DNA of 64,000 bases, from assembly GCA_041556855.1 (NCBI GenBank), contig JBFFHS010000006.1, positions 819 through 64,818 on the forward strand, read 5' to 3'. Each line of letters starts with the position of its first letter. Position 1 is the stretch's first letter. Under the pieces are notes generated by a model, which saw only the letters and a list, made by a program, of their open reading frames with translations, was not told where the DNA came from and did not search any database. The translations under genes were made by a program, and so were the position numbers. This stretch comes from Gammaproteobacteria bacterium (GTDB taxonomy: Bacteria; Pseudomonadota; Gammaproteobacteria; Steroidobacterales; JBFFHS01). Below, in pieces: positions 28,251 through 38,064 of the stretch.

Positions 28251-29996
28251 GTGTTGAAGCGACTTGATTCTGAAGCCGTCGCCGTTTACCGGCGCCTGCT
28301 GGCGTACGTTCGGCCTCACCTGAAGATTATGCTCGGCGCCATTCTCGCCATGGTGGCCTATGCGGGGGTCGAGGCGTTATTTCCCCTGCTGATGAAAGAG
28401 GTGGTGGAAACTCTGCAGGATCGCGGCCGGGCGGGCGGCTCCTTTATTCCCATTGCTATCGTGGTGCTGTTTGTCGCCCGAGGTCTACTGGGTTTCGTGA
28501 CCACTTACGGTATGGGCTGGATGGGCCGCCGGGTGATTCAGGAACTGCGTCGGGACGTCTTCAACCATTTCCTGAAGCTTCCCAGCCGCTTCTATGATCA
28601 GAGCTCTTCAGGAGTGCTTTTATCCAAAATTACCTACAACACCGAACAGGTGGCCGAATCAATCTCCAACGTGGTGGTGGTGGTCATTCGGGACAGCTTT
28701 ACCATCATTGGTCTGGTAGTCGTCATGATCTACCTGAGCCCGCCCCTGACTCTTCTAATCTCCATCGCGGCGCCCACGATTGCTTTGTTGATTCACTATC
28801 TGAGTAAGGTATTCCGTCGTTACAGCACCCGGATCCAGAGGTCCATGGGCGACGTGACCCGGGTGACCGAAGAGATCATCGCCGGGCAGCGCATCGTCAA
28901 AGTGTTCACGGGTGAGCAGTACGAACGGGAGCATTTCGCGGCAGCGAATCATGACAACTTCCGTCTCAACATGCGCCTGGTTGCCGCCAAAGCTATCGGC
29001 GATGCGCTGACGGCATTTCTGGCGGCCGCGGGTATTGCCGCGGTAATTCTGGTCGCCTTCAGCGAGACGATGTTCCAATCCCTTTCCAGCGACGTCTTCA
29101 TAGCCTTCCTGACGGCCATGGCCATGTTGATGGCGCCCTTAAAAAGACTCACCAACGTCAACGTGGCTCTGCAGCGGGGGATTGCGGGCGGCGCCAGCCT
29201 GTTCGAGCTTCTGGATGAGGAGGTGGAGAAGGATACGGGTTCTCGTCGGATAGCGCGGGCCCGCGGGTCAGTGGTTTTTCAGGGCGTGAGCTTCAGCTAC
29301 GGCGATGACAAAGGCAGCGTGCTGCGGGACATTGATCTGGAGGTCGCTGTGGGTGAGACCATCGCGATCGTAGGACGCTCGGGCAGCGGCAAGAGTACCC
29401 TGGTCAGTCTGTTGCCGCGTTTCTATGATCCGACCGCGGGCCGGATTCTGCTGGACGATATCGATATTCGGGAATTTGGCTTGGCCGAACTGCGCCGGCA
29501 GATCAGTCTGGTCTCGCAGGAGATCGTGCTCTTCAACGACAGTATCGCCAACAACATCGCATATGGCGGTCTGCACGGCGCGTCTCGGAAGCGGATCGAG
29601 CAAGCGGCGCAGCGGGCTCACGTGATCGAGTTCGCCCGGGATCTGCCCGACGGCTTGGACGCCATGGTGGGTGAACGGGGTGTGTTGCTGTCCGGCGGCC
29701 AGCGGCAGCGGATCGCGATTGCCCGGGCCTTGCTGAAAGACTCGCCGATCCTGATTCTCGATGAGGCGACTTCGGCCCTGGATACGGAATCGGAGCGGCA
29801 TATCCAAACGGCGCTTGGTGAGCTCATGGCGGATCGCACCACGCTGGTGATTGCCCATCGGCTGTCCACCGTGGAGAGTGCCGATCGCATCGTGGTGCTG
29901 GATGACGGCGCCGTGGTGGAAACCGGTAATCACCGGGAACTGTTGGCCCGGGGAGGCCATTACCAGGCCCTGTATCAGATGCAGTTTGCCGATTGA
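28251..29996 (+). CDS. msbA: lipid A export ABC transporter permease/ATPase
   Basis: A 6-TM ABC exporter domain is fused to an NBD (GRSGSGKSTL, LSGGQRQRIAIARAL, ILILDEATSALD). It lies directly upstream of lpxK-kdsB. Confidence 0.9.
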   Translation: MLKRLDSEAVAVYRRLLAYVRPHLKIMLGAILAMVAYAGVEALFPLLMKEVVETLQDRGRAGGSFIPIAIVVLFVARGLLGFVTTYGMGWMGRRVIQELRRDVFNHFLKLPSRFYDQSSSGVLLSKITYNTEQVAESISNVVVVVIRDSFTIIGLVVVMIYLSPPLTLLISIAAPTIALLIHYLSKVFRRYSTRIQRSMGDVTRVTEEIIAGQRIVKVFTGEQYEREHFAAANHDNFRLNMRLVAAKAIGDALTAFLAAAGIAAVILVAFSETMFQSLSSDVFIAFLTAMAMLMAPLKRLTNVNVALQRGIAGGASLFELLDEEVEKDTGSRRIARARGSVVFQGVSFSYGDDKGSVLRDIDLEVAVGETIAIVGRSGSGKSTLVSLLPRFYDPTAGRILLDDIDIREFGLAELRRQISLVSQEIVLFNDSIANNIAYGGLHGASRKRIEQAAQRAHVIEFARDLPDGLDAMVGERGVLLSGGQRQRIAIARALLKDSPILILDEATSALDTESERHIQTALGELMADRTTLVIAHRLSTVESADRIVVLDDGAVVETGNHRELLARGGHYQALYQMQFAD

Positions 29997-30005
29997 GCTG
30001 CGGCG

Positions 30006-31007
30006 GTGGATATCAACCAGCTCTGGTATGGCAACCACGCGCTGCGCTGGCTGCTGTGGCCCCTGAGCTGGCTGTATCGGGTGTTGATTGTTATCCGCGT
30101 TGCGCTGTACCGCTTCGGCGTGCTCCGCCGCGTGCGGCTGCCCGTTCCGGTTATCATCGTGGGCAATATCACGGTGGGTGGCAGCGGCAAGACGCCGGTA
30201 GTGCTGTGGCTGGTGGAGCAACTGCGCGCGGCCGGCTGGCAGCCTGGGATCATCAGTCGCGGTTACAAGGGTAGCGCCACCGCGTGGCCGCAGCAGGTGC
30301 GACCGGACAGCGATCCGGGTTGGGTCGGCGACGAGCCGGTGCTGCTGGCCCAGCGTGGCGGTTGTCCCGTGGCCGTGGGCCCGGATCGGGTCGCGGCGGC
30401 GCGCCTGATCCTGGATCAGTGCAACATACTGGTGGGCGATGATGGCCTGCAACATTATGCGCTGCAGCGGGACTTTGAGATTGCGGTCGTGGATGGTGAA
30501 CGCGGTCTCGGTAATGGTCTGTTGTTGCCGGCCGGGCCGCTGCGCGAGCCGCGGCAGCGTCTGGACCGGGTCGGCGCGGTGCTCATTAACGGCGGCCCAG
30601 TTTCGGTCCGGGGCAGCCGGGTCGTGCGCGGCCGCTTGCTGCCCGGAAATGCCTGCCAACTGGCAACCGGTGCGACCCGTCGGTTGGATGCGTTTCGGGG
30701 CACGACCGTGCATGCCGTAGCGGGCATCGGGCATCCGCAGCGGTTTTTCACCATGCTGGAGGGTCTGGGCCTGTCCGTCGCGCCCCACCCCCTTGCTGAC
30801 CATGCGAAGATAGCCGCCCATGACCTTGCGTTTGCCGATGATCTAACTGTGCTGATGACCGAAAAGGATGCCGTTAAGGCCCGGGCCCTGACCGTGTCAG
30901 ATCAGTGGTGGTACGTGGCGGTGGATTTCGTGCTCACGGAGGCTGACTCCAAGCAGGTGATGTACGCTATCGAAGCTGCGATAGGTCAGCCTCCCTTTCC
31001 GCGCTGA
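30006..31007 (+). CDS. lpxK: tetraacyldisaccharide 4'-kinase
   Basis: The P-loop VIIVGNITVGGSGKTPVVLWL, ISRGYKG and DDGLQH motifs are present. Confidence 0.93.
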   Translation: MDINQLWYGNHALRWLLWPLSWLYRVLIVIRVALYRFGVLRRVRLPVPVIIVGNITVGGSGKTPVVLWLVEQLRAAGWQPGIISRGYKGSATAWPQQVRPDSDPGWVGDEPVLLAQRGGCPVAVGPDRVAAARLILDQCNILVGDDGLQHYALQRDFEIAVVDGERGLGNGLLLPAGPLREPRQRLDRVGAVLINGGPVSVRGSRVVRGRLLPGNACQLATGATRRLDAFRGTTVHAVAGIGHPQRFFTMLEGLGLSVAPHPLADHAKIAAHDLAFADDLTVLMTEKDAVKARALTVSDQWWYVAVDFVLTEADSKQVMYAIEAAIGQPPFPR

Positions 31008-31008
31008 T

Positions 31009-31779
31009 ATGACGGCGCCCTTCAAAGTAGTCATCCCGGCCCGCTACGCGTCTACCCGGTTGCCGGGCAAGCCGTTGGCCGATCTTGGTGGGCGACCCAT
31101 GATTGGCTGGGTGCACAATGCCGCTCTTGGCAGCGGGGCCGAGGAGGTGATCGTGGCCACTGATGATGAGCGGATCGCGGCCGCGTGTGAGGCATTCGGC
31201 GCTGAGGTCGTCATGACCCGCGGTGATCACGCCTCGGGTACGGATCGCGTCGCGGAAGTGGCTGAGCAGCGCGGCTGGGAGCCGGACACGATTGTGGTCA
31301 ATATCCAGGGTGACGAGCCGTTGTTGCCGCCGGCGTTGGTGCAGCAGGTGGCGGGGCTTCTCGCTGGAGCGCCGGAGGCGGAGATGGCCACCCTGGTGAC
31401 GCCTGTGGATACGGTGCAGGCGTGGTTGGATCCCCATATGGTCAACGTGGTTGCCGATCGTGCGGGGCGTGCCCTGTATTTTTCCCGCGCCCCCATTCCC
31501 TGGCCGCGGGATCAGCAGCCGGGCAGCGAAGGACAGTTCACGACGCCGCCGCCGGGTGCCCGACGGCATGTCGGCATATACGGCTACCGAGCTGCAGCGC
31601 TTTTCCGCTTGACCGCCGAGCCGCCCTGCGAACTGGAGCTTGTGGAACAGCTGGAGCAGCTGCGCGCGCTGTATCTGGGCTTCACGATTCTGGTGGCTGA
31701 CGCCTGTCGTGAGCCGCCCCGCGGCGTGGATACGGCTGAGGATTTGGAGCAGCTGCGCAGCATGGTGCGGGGGCTGTAA
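31009..31779 (+). CDS. kdsB: 3-deoxy-manno-octulosonate cytidylyltransferase (CMP-KDO synthetase)
   Basis: VIPARYASTRLPGKPLADLGGRPMI and NIQGDEPLL motifs are present in 256 aa. Confidence 0.95.
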   Translation: MTAPFKVVIPARYASTRLPGKPLADLGGRPMIGWVHNAALGSGAEEVIVATDDERIAAACEAFGAEVVMTRGDHASGTDRVAEVAEQRGWEPDTIVVNIQGDEPLLPPALVQQVAGLLAGAPEAEMATLVTPVDTVQAWLDPHMVNVVADRAGRALYFSRAPIPWPRDQQPGSEGQFTTPPPGARRHVGIYGYRAAALFRLTAEPPCELELVEQLEQLRALYLGFTILVADACREPPRGVDTAEDLEQLRSMVRGL

Positions 31780-31786
31780 GAGGGCT

Positions 31787-32914
31787 TTACCGCCGGTAGG
31801 GTGCCACCGCGCGCGCAGCGGTTGCGGCGAGCAGCTCGGACGCCCGGCGGATGGATTCAGCGCGATCCAGGCCAGGGCCGATGATCAGCGCGTCGGCAAG
31901 GCCAGCAGCCAGCGCATCTGTGGCGTCCGGCCCCAGCGCGCCCACCAGCGCGATCGTCGGGACATCCCGGCGGGCCGCGGCGTGAGCAACACCCAGGCAG
32001 GCCTTCCCGGACAGCGATTGCCCATCCAGGCAGCCCTCGCCGGTCAGACATAAGTCGGCGCCCCTGATCCGCCGGTCAAAATCAACGGCAGCCAGCACCA
32101 GCTCGATACCTGAGGCCAGCGTGGCGCCGGCAAAGGCCATCAGACCGGCGCCCAAGCCACCCGCGGCTCCGGCCCGCGGCGTATTTGCCGTAGCTATACC
32201 CAGATCCCGCTCCATGAGCTGCGCCAGATGAGCCAGCCCTGCTTCCAGGCGCTGCACGGCTGTTGGGGAGGCCCCCTTTTGCGCTGCGAATATGCGTGCC
32301 GCACCGTTAGATCCGAGCAGGGGGTTATCGACGTCGCAGGCCACTGTGATCTCAACATCAGCCAGCAGCGCCAGCCGGCCGCTGGCGTTGATATGGGCAA
32401 TGTCGGGCAGCGCGCCGCCGGTGAGCGGGGTCTTGATCTCCGCTCCATGGGCGTCGTGAAAGCGGATCCCCAGGGCCTGGGCCATGCCGGCGCCGCCATC
32501 GTTGGTGGCGCTGCCGCCCACGCAAAGGATCATGCGTGTTGCTCCGGCCGCGCAGGCTGCTGCCATCAACTGGCCAACCCCGAAGGTGGTCGTGCGCAAG
32601 GGGTCCCGTTGCTCGACCGGGACCAGAGTCAGGCCCGCCGCAGCAGCCATCTCGATGATGGCCGTGCCGTCATCAAGCAGTGCCCAGGATGCGTGCAGCG
32701 GCTCTCCCAGGGGGCCGGTCACCTGGCTGGTGTGTATCCGTCCGCCGAGCGCATCCAGCAGGGTGGCCGCGGTTCCCTCACCGCCGTCGCCGACGGGGCA
32801 CCGGTCCACAACGGCGTTCGGGCATGCCTGCATCACGCCCGCGGCCATGGCAGCGGCAGCCTCCGCTGCGCTCAAGCACTCTTTGAAACTGTCGGGAGCA
32901 CAAACGATTTTCAT
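31787..32914 (-). CDS. glxK: glycerate kinase
   Basis: MKIVCAPDSFKECLSAAEAAAAM is the canonical glycerate kinase N-terminus, and the 375-aa ORF reads as full-length family architecture. Confidence 0.9.
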   Translation of the reverse strand: MKIVCAPDSFKECLSAAEAAAAMAAGVMQACPNAVVDRCPVGDGGEGTAATLLDALGGRIHTSQVTGPLGEPLHASWALLDDGTAIIEMAAAAGLTLVPVEQRDPLRTTTFGVGQLMAAACAAGATRMILCVGGSATNDGGAGMAQALGIRFHDAHGAEIKTPLTGGALPDIAHINASGRLALLADVEITVACDVDNPLLGSNGAARIFAAQKGASPTAVQRLEAGLAHLAQLMERDLGIATANTPRAGAAGGLGAGLMAFAGATLASGIELVLAAVDFDRRIRGADLCLTGEGCLDGQSLSGKACLGVAHAAARRDVPTIALVGALGPDATDALAAGLADALIIGPGLDRAESIRRASELLAATAARAVAPYRR

Positions 32915-32915
32915 G

Positions 32916-32946
32916 AGTCTCGCCCAGTTCGGCGCTGGGCGAGACT
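32916..32946 (-). promoter_or_regulatory. perfect 12-bp GC-rich inverted repeat/hairpin ending 1 nt before the glxK start codon
   Basis: AGTCTCGCCCAG (32916-32927) and CTGGGCGAGACT (32935-32946) are exact reverse complements separated by 7 nt. The glxK ATG is the complement of 32912-32914. Confidence 0.6.
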
Positions 32947-33089
32947 ATAGCAACCTGTGACTGCCGCGGGCGCAGGTATAATGGATGACTGATCACACAG
33001 GGTATTGGCTGGGGATGTCCGCCTGGTTAAATTCATTGCTGGCTCCCCTGTGGGGCCTATTTCGCCGCAAGTCCCGGAAGCAGGACGCC

Positions 33090-33614
33090 ATGTCAGCTGA
33101 TCCCCATTTCAACGTGCTGTTTGTCTGCATGGGCAACATCTGCCGATCGCCCACGGCAGAGGGCGTATTCCGCAAGGTGGTGACCGAGATGGCGCCAGAA
33201 CTCATCGTCCAAGTGGACTCGGCAGGAACCCACGCCTATCACACCGGCGAGCCGCCGGATCCGCGCGCCCAGCGGGCAGCGCTTCGGCGCGGCATAGACA
33301 TCAGCGAGCAGCGGGCCCGCAAAGTACGCGCCGAGGACTTCCATGTCTTTGATTACGTGCTGGCCATGGACGAACTGAATTACGAAGTGCTGGTGCAGCA
33401 GAGCCCGGGGGAGCTTGCCGATCGGGTGCGTCTATTTCTGGACTTTGCCCCTGCGCTGGGTCGGCGTGACGTCCCGGATCCCTATTATGGCGGTGCCGTC
33501 GGCTTTGAATACGTGCTGGATCTCGTCGAGGAGGCTGCCCGTGGACTCGCGAGCGAGTTGCTCACTAACGTGCCGTCCACGTCCGGAGGCAAGGACCGCG
33601 GCCCGGTTTCCTGA
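33090..33614 (+). CDS. low-molecular-weight protein-tyrosine phosphatase
   Basis: The P-loop VLFVCMGNICRSPTAEGVF and the downstream DPYYG motif are present. ATG 33090 is chosen because the motif normally lies a few residues from the N-terminus. Confidence 0.85.
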   Translation: MSADPHFNVLFVCMGNICRSPTAEGVFRKVVTEMAPELIVQVDSAGTHAYHTGEPPDPRAQRAALRRGIDISEQRARKVRAEDFHVFDYVLAMDELNYEVLVQQSPGELADRVRLFLDFAPALGRRDVPDPYYGGAVGFEYVLDLVEEAARGLASELLTNVPSTSGGKDRGPVS

Positions 33615-33629
33615 CCAGGCCGCGCAAAC

Positions 33630-36065
33630 TTATTCGGTTGATCCCCGACTGGCGTTCTCCGTCTGAGGTGGTGGAGCCTTCGCGGGTTCTGCCGCCGCGG
33701 CGACCGCTGGGGCCGGCTGCGGTTCGGACTTGGCCGCTGCCGTCGGCGGGGCCTTGTTTTCCTGTGGTGGTGCCGCGGGCTGCTTTGGCTCAGGCGTTGC
33801 CACACGCGGGGTAGCAGCGGGGCCAGCGGTGCTGGCCTTGTCGCTGGGGCCCGGCGCAGCCGCGGGTCGCTCGGAACCGTTGCCGGACGCGCTTGACGAC
33901 GCTGCCGGACGCGGCTTTGCCGGCGCCGGCGCGTCCCCCTGCTGCGGCGCGCTCTGGGCAGCGGCATCGGCCCGAGCCGTGTCCGTGGTCGGACCTTGGC
34001 CGGGCTCGGGCTGACTATCGGCCGCCTTCCCGCGAGCATCCTGGGCCTGGCCCCCGCGGCCGCCACGCCGTCGGCGTCCGCCCCGGCGGCCCCGTGAGGA
34101 ACGAGCCCCCTCGGTCGCCTGCTTACGCTGTTGGGCACCTTCCCGCTGGCCTTTCTGTGCCCCTTTCGGCTGCCCTTTCTGTCCTGATTGTTGTCCGCCT
34201 TTCGGCGCCTGTTTGGCGGCTGATTTCTGGTTGCCAGCACGCCCCTTACCATCGCTGCGACCGCGTTTGTCCGCGCTGCTGCGGCGTCGCTGTGGCTGCC
34301 CACCGCCTTTGCGGGCCTGGCTGCCGGGGCGCCGCCCGCGCTTTTTTGGACGTGCCGGTTCTGGCAACAGCCAGCCGAACAGGCGCCGAAACAGGCCAAC
34401 CTCGGCCGCCTCTTCCTGTGCCGGCTTGCGCGCCGGAGGCGGTGGCGCGGGCTGGCTCGGGACAAGCCCTTTGATCGCGGGTTGCTCTGTCACAGCCGCA
34501 CCGGTAGCGGCGCTGACGAATTGTTCACTCATGTCCGCGTCGGTCTCCACCATCTTGTAACTGGTGGCGGCATTTTCCGCGGCTCCCACTTCATCGTCGC
34601 GGACGCGCCTGATCATATAGTTGGGCGTTTCCAGTTGCGGGTTGGCCACCAGTACCACCTGCACGCCGTCCCGATCTTGAATGGCATTTACCCAGTCCCG
34701 TTTCTCGTTCAGCACGTAGTTGCAAACGTCGACAGGCAATTGGGTAATGACTTTGGCGGTACGCTCCTTGCGTGCCTCTTCACCCACCAGGCGTAGAATC
34801 GACAGAGCGAGGGATTCAACGCCCCGCACATGGCCGATTCCGTTACAGCGGGGGCACACTTCGTGAGTCGACTCGCCCAGCGACGGACGCAGCCGCTGCC
34901 GCGACAGTTCCAACAGTCCAAAACGGGAGATTCGGCCAATCTGTACGCGGGCCCGATCCTGGCGCACCGCTTCGCGGAGGCGGTTCTCCACCTCTCGCTG
35001 ATTGCGCTGGGGACCCATGTCGATGAAATCAATCACCACCAGGCCACCGAGATCGCGAATGCGCATCTGGCGGGCGATTTCGTCAGCTGCTTCCAGATTG
35101 GTATTAAGGGCCGTGTCCTCGATGTCGCCGCCCTTGGTGGCACGGGCTGAGTTGATATCGATGGCTGTCAGCGCTTCAGTGTGGTCGATAACAATGCTGC
35201 CACCCGACGGCAGGGTGACCGAGTGCTGGAATGCCGACTCGATCTGGCTCTCAATCTGAAAACGGGTAAATAGCGGAACCTTCTCATCTTCATAGAGCTT
35301 CAACTTGCGGAGATTGTGAGGCATCACGCGTTCCATAAAGTCGCGTGCCTCGCCGAATACGCCCGGATCATCGATCAGCACTTCGCCGATATCCTGGGAA
35401 AAGTAATCCCGCAGCGCCCGAACGATGGCGTTGCTTTCCTGATAGATCAGAAATGGCGAGGGCTTGGTCAGCACCACCTGTTTGATGGCCTCCCAAACGC
35501 TGAGCAGATAATCTGCATCCCAGCGGAGCTCTTCGGCGCTCCGGCCCACGCCCGCCGTTCGCACGATGCAGCCCATCCCTTCGGGCAGGTTAAGTTCCTC
35601 CAGCGAGCGTCGCACGATCTCCCGGTCCTCGCCCGTGATGCGGCGTGAGACACCGCCGGCGCGGGGGTTATTGGGCATCAGCACGATGAAACGGCCAGCA
35701 AGGCTCACGTAGGTGGTCAGCGCAGCACCCTTGGTACCCCGTTCCTCCTTCTCCACCTGCACGACGATGTCCTGACCCTCCCGCAGGACATCCTTGATGT
35801 TGGGTCGCTCCCCAGCGTCTGCGTCGCCGACGTAATACTCACTGGAAATTTCTTTCAACGGCAGGAAGCCGTGGCGTTCAGCCCCGTAGTCGACAAACGC
35901 TGCTTCCAGGCTGGGCTCGATCCGGGTGATCTTGCCCTTGTAGATATTGGCTTTACGTTGTTCCCGGGAGGGAACCTCGATGTCGAGATCGCAAAGCTTT
36001 TGGCCATCTACCATGGCCACACGCAACTCTTCTTCCTGAGTTGCATTGACCAGCATTCTTTTCAT
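33630..36065 (-). CDS. rne: ribonuclease E
   Basis: The N-terminus [30 protein letters not shown], the S1 domain, the catalytic core, the Zn-link [10 protein letters not shown] and an Arg/Pro/Ala/Gln-rich disordered C-terminal half are present in 811 aa. Confidence 0.95.
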   Translation of the reverse strand: MKRMLVNATQEEELRVAMVDGQKLCDLDIEVPSREQRKANIYKGKITRIEPSLEAAFVDYGAERHGFLPLKEISSEYYVGDADAGERPNIKDVLREGQDIVVQVEKEERGTKGAALTTYVSLAGRFIVLMPNNPRAGGVSRRITGEDREIVRRSLEELNLPEGMGCIVRTAGVGRSAEELRWDADYLLSVWEAIKQVVLTKPSPFLIYQESNAIVRALRDYFSQDIGEVLIDDPGVFGEARDFMERVMPHNLRKLKLYEDEKVPLFTRFQIESQIESAFQHSVTLPSGGSIVIDHTEALTAIDINSARATKGGDIEDTALNTNLEAADEIARQMRIRDLGGLVVIDFIDMGPQRNQREVENRLREAVRQDRARVQIGRISRFGLLELSRQRLRPSLGESTHEVCPRCNGIGHVRGVESLALSILRLVGEEARKERTAKVITQLPVDVCNYVLNEKRDWVNAIQDRDGVQVVLVANPQLETPNYMIRRVRDDEVGAAENAATSYKMVETDADMSEQFVSAATGAAVTEQPAIKGLVPSQPAPPPPARKPAQEEAAEVGLFRRLFGWLLPEPARPKKRGRRPGSQARKGGGQPQRRRSSADKRGRSDGKGRAGNQKSAAKQAPKGGQQSGQKGQPKGAQKGQREGAQQRKQATEGARSSRGRRGGRRRRGGRGGQAQDARGKAADSQPEPGQGPTTDTARADAAAQSAPQQGDAPAPAKPRPAASSSASGNGSERPAAAPGPSDKASTAGPAATPRVATPEPKQPAAPPQENKAPPTAAAKSEPQPAPAVAAAAEPAKAPPPQTENASRGSTE

Positions 36066-36431
36066 AGTCCCTTGATCCAGTCAAGGCCGTCTTTGTCCCG
36101 GATACGCTGACCCACAGCTGAGAACACGATGGGGCGCCGCTCCACGGCGGCGTGGCTGGGCGCTTGGTGCCCATTTTGCGTGGCTCAGTAGCTTGCCACA
36201 TGGCTGTTCCCATGACGTTCATGTTCATGCAGATCGGTGCGGACATCGGATCCCCGCTGTGGCTCAGCGGGGTTTCTCCGGGCTGTCTCAGACCAGCCGA
36301 ATTACTAAACACCCAAAAAAACGACTCTAGACGTGGAGTCGCTCGAGTAACCTGTAGGGCCTAGGCTTGCCAATTCAGGCTCTCGCCGTCAGGCCCGGTT
36401 GGTACTATAACAACCGCTCAGCCGCCGCTCA
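36066..36431 (-). promoter_or_regulatory. long rne 5' leader/promoter region (candidate autoregulatory rne 5' UTR)
   Basis: This 366-nt non-coding gap lies between divergent rne and rluC, as in E. coli, where the ~360-nt rne leader mediates feedback. It contains several stems, e.g. CCCCGCTG-n5-CAGCGGGG at about 36252-36272 and CGACTC-n8-GAGTCG at about 36322-36341. Confidence 0.5.
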
Positions 36432-37406
36432 ATGAGGCCTATGGCCAGTAAACAGTCCCACCAGGCACCATCGACCCGGGTCAGCATGCTGGAGGTCGAC
36501 CCGGACTCTGAGGGGCAGCGTCTGGACAACTTCCTGCTCCGCCGACTGAAGGGTGTTCCGCGCAGCCATGTCTATCGTCTGATTCGCTCTGGGCAGGTTA
36601 GAGTCAACCGTGGTCGGGCCAAGCCCAGCCAACGCCTGGCGAGCGGCGACCAGGTTCGGGTGCCACCGGTGCGCCTGAGTCGTGCGTCCAACGCCGCCGT
36701 GGATGAGCAGTCAGTGGCCTGGTTGGAGAAGCGGATCCTCCACGAGGATCACAGGCTGATCGTCCTGGACAAGCCATCTGGTCTGGCCGTGCACGGCGGC
36801 AGTGGCATCAGTTTAGGTTTGATCGAAACCCTGCGAGCGGCCCGTCCGGATAGTCCCTACCTGGAACTTGCTCATCGGTTGGATCGCAGCACCAGCGGGA
36901 TTGTCCTGGTCGCAAAGAGGCGCAGCGCCCTGCGCGTGTTGCACGAGTTTCTCCGGGCAGATGCTATCGATAAGCACTATCTGGCGTTGGTGCGCGGTCC
37001 TTGGGACCGCGGTACTCAGCTGATCGAGACACCTCTGAAGACCACTCACCGCCGCGACGGGGAACGCTTTGTGGTGGTGCACCCGGAGGGCAGACTGGCC
37101 GTAAGCGAGTTCAAGCCGGTCGAGTTTTTTGGCGCCCAAGCCACGCTGATGGCCGTGCAGATTCGCACCGGCCGGACCCATCAGATTCGGGTGCAGGCTG
37201 CCGCCATGGAGCACCCTGTTGCCGGCGATGAGCGCTATGGCGACCCCCGCTTCAATCGAGCCATGAAGCGGCTTGGGCTGAAGCGTCTATTCCTGCACGC
37301 CCAGTCGGTAAGCTTTACCTGGCCAGGCAGCGAGCATGAGCAGACCTTCAGCGCGCCGTTGCCGGGTGAACTCACCGAAGTGCTGGCACGGCTGAGTTCA
37401 GGATGA
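36432..37406 (+). CDS. rluC: 23S rRNA pseudouridine synthase RluC
   Basis: An S4-like N-terminus (QRLDNFLLRRLKGVPRSHVYRLIRSGQVRVN), the RluA-family catalytic motif HRLDRSTSGIVLVAK and divergence from rne are all present. Confidence 0.9.
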   Translation: MRPMASKQSHQAPSTRVSMLEVDPDSEGQRLDNFLLRRLKGVPRSHVYRLIRSGQVRVNRGRAKPSQRLASGDQVRVPPVRLSRASNAAVDEQSVAWLEKRILHEDHRLIVLDKPSGLAVHGGSGISLGLIETLRAARPDSPYLELAHRLDRSTSGIVLVAKRRSALRVLHEFLRADAIDKHYLALVRGPWDRGTQLIETPLKTTHRRDGERFVVVHPEGRLAVSEFKPVEFFGAQATLMAVQIRTGRTHQIRVQAAAMEHPVAGDERYGDPRFNRAMKRLGLKRLFLHAQSVSFTWPGSEHEQTFSAPLPGELTEVLARLSSG

Positions 37407-37982
37407 CGATAACAGCGGATTGAGTCCCACCTCAGAAAGCGCCTGGCTGAGCCAGATCAGCGGCAGGCCGATCAGCGCGGTGGGATCGCTGCAGCTGATT
37501 TCTTCGAACAAGCTGATGCCCAGGCCTTCAACCTTGAAGGACCCGGCGCAGTCGTAGGGCTGTTCGGCGGCCAGGTAGCTGTCGATCTCGGCGTCGCTGA
37601 GTGGCCGGAAGCGCACCCGGGTCTGGTCCAGATGGTCGCGCCAGACGTCGCGGCGGGTATCCAGCAGGGCCACGGCGGTCAGGAAGCTGACTGACTGCCC
37701 GCGCACCTGGCGTAACTGACGCCGGGCACGGTCGTGGCTGCCCGGCTTACCCAGCACCCGATCACCCAGCACGGCCACTTGATCGGAACCCACCACAACA
37801 CTTGCCGGCCGGGCGACGGCCCGCGCCTTGGAACGTGCCAGGCGGCATGCCAGGTCACGCGGGCTTTCTTGATGCTGACGTTCCTCGTCCACATTCGCTG
37901 GCAAACAGGTGAACGGCAGTCGCAGGCGCGCTAACAGCGCCCGCCGATAAGGTGATCCAGAGGCCAGGATTAGGTCAGTCAT
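37398..37982 (-). CDS. maf: Maf-like nucleoside triphosphate pyrophosphatase (YceF-type)
   Basis: LILASGSPYRRALLARL and the GSDQV motif are present. It is divergent from yceD-rpmF-plsX, as E. coli yceF is. Confidence 0.88.
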   Translation of the reverse strand: MTDLILASGSPYRRALLARLRLPFTCLPANVDEERQHQESPRDLACRLARSKARAVARPASVVVGSDQVAVLGDRVLGKPGSHDRARRQLRQVRGQSVSFLTAVALLDTRRDVWRDHLDQTRVRFRPLSDAEIDSYLAAEQPYDCAGSFKVEGLGISLFEEISCSDPTALIGLPLIWLSQALSEVGLNPLLSSS

Positions 37983-38026
37983 TCAGTGAGGATCTTTTCA
38001 AAAACATAAGGTTAGCTGAGAACTCT

Positions 38027-38055
38027 TTGACAGCTCGGGTGCCCATGCCTATCAT
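38027..38055 (+). promoter_or_regulatory. candidate sigma-70 promoter for yceD-rpmF-plsX-fabH
   Basis: TTGACA (38027-38032), a 17-nt spacer and TATCAT (38050-38055) lie 9 nt before the yceD ATG. Confidence 0.4.
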
Positions 38056-38064
38056 ACTTCGGTT

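Noticed and set aside
29268-30821. A 517-aa minus-strand ORF spans the 3' end of msbA and most of lpxK.
   Set aside because: It crosses a gene boundary on the opposite strand, has low-complexity Arg/Gln/His-rich content, and shows no domain signature. It is a high-GC artefact.
33485-34465. A 326-aa alternate-frame ORF lies on the same strand as the rne C-terminal region and extends past the rne stop into the ptp 3' end.
   Set aside because: Its extreme Arg/Pro/Ala composition is generated by the repetitive GC-rich codons of the RNase E disordered tail. It has no start context or homology.
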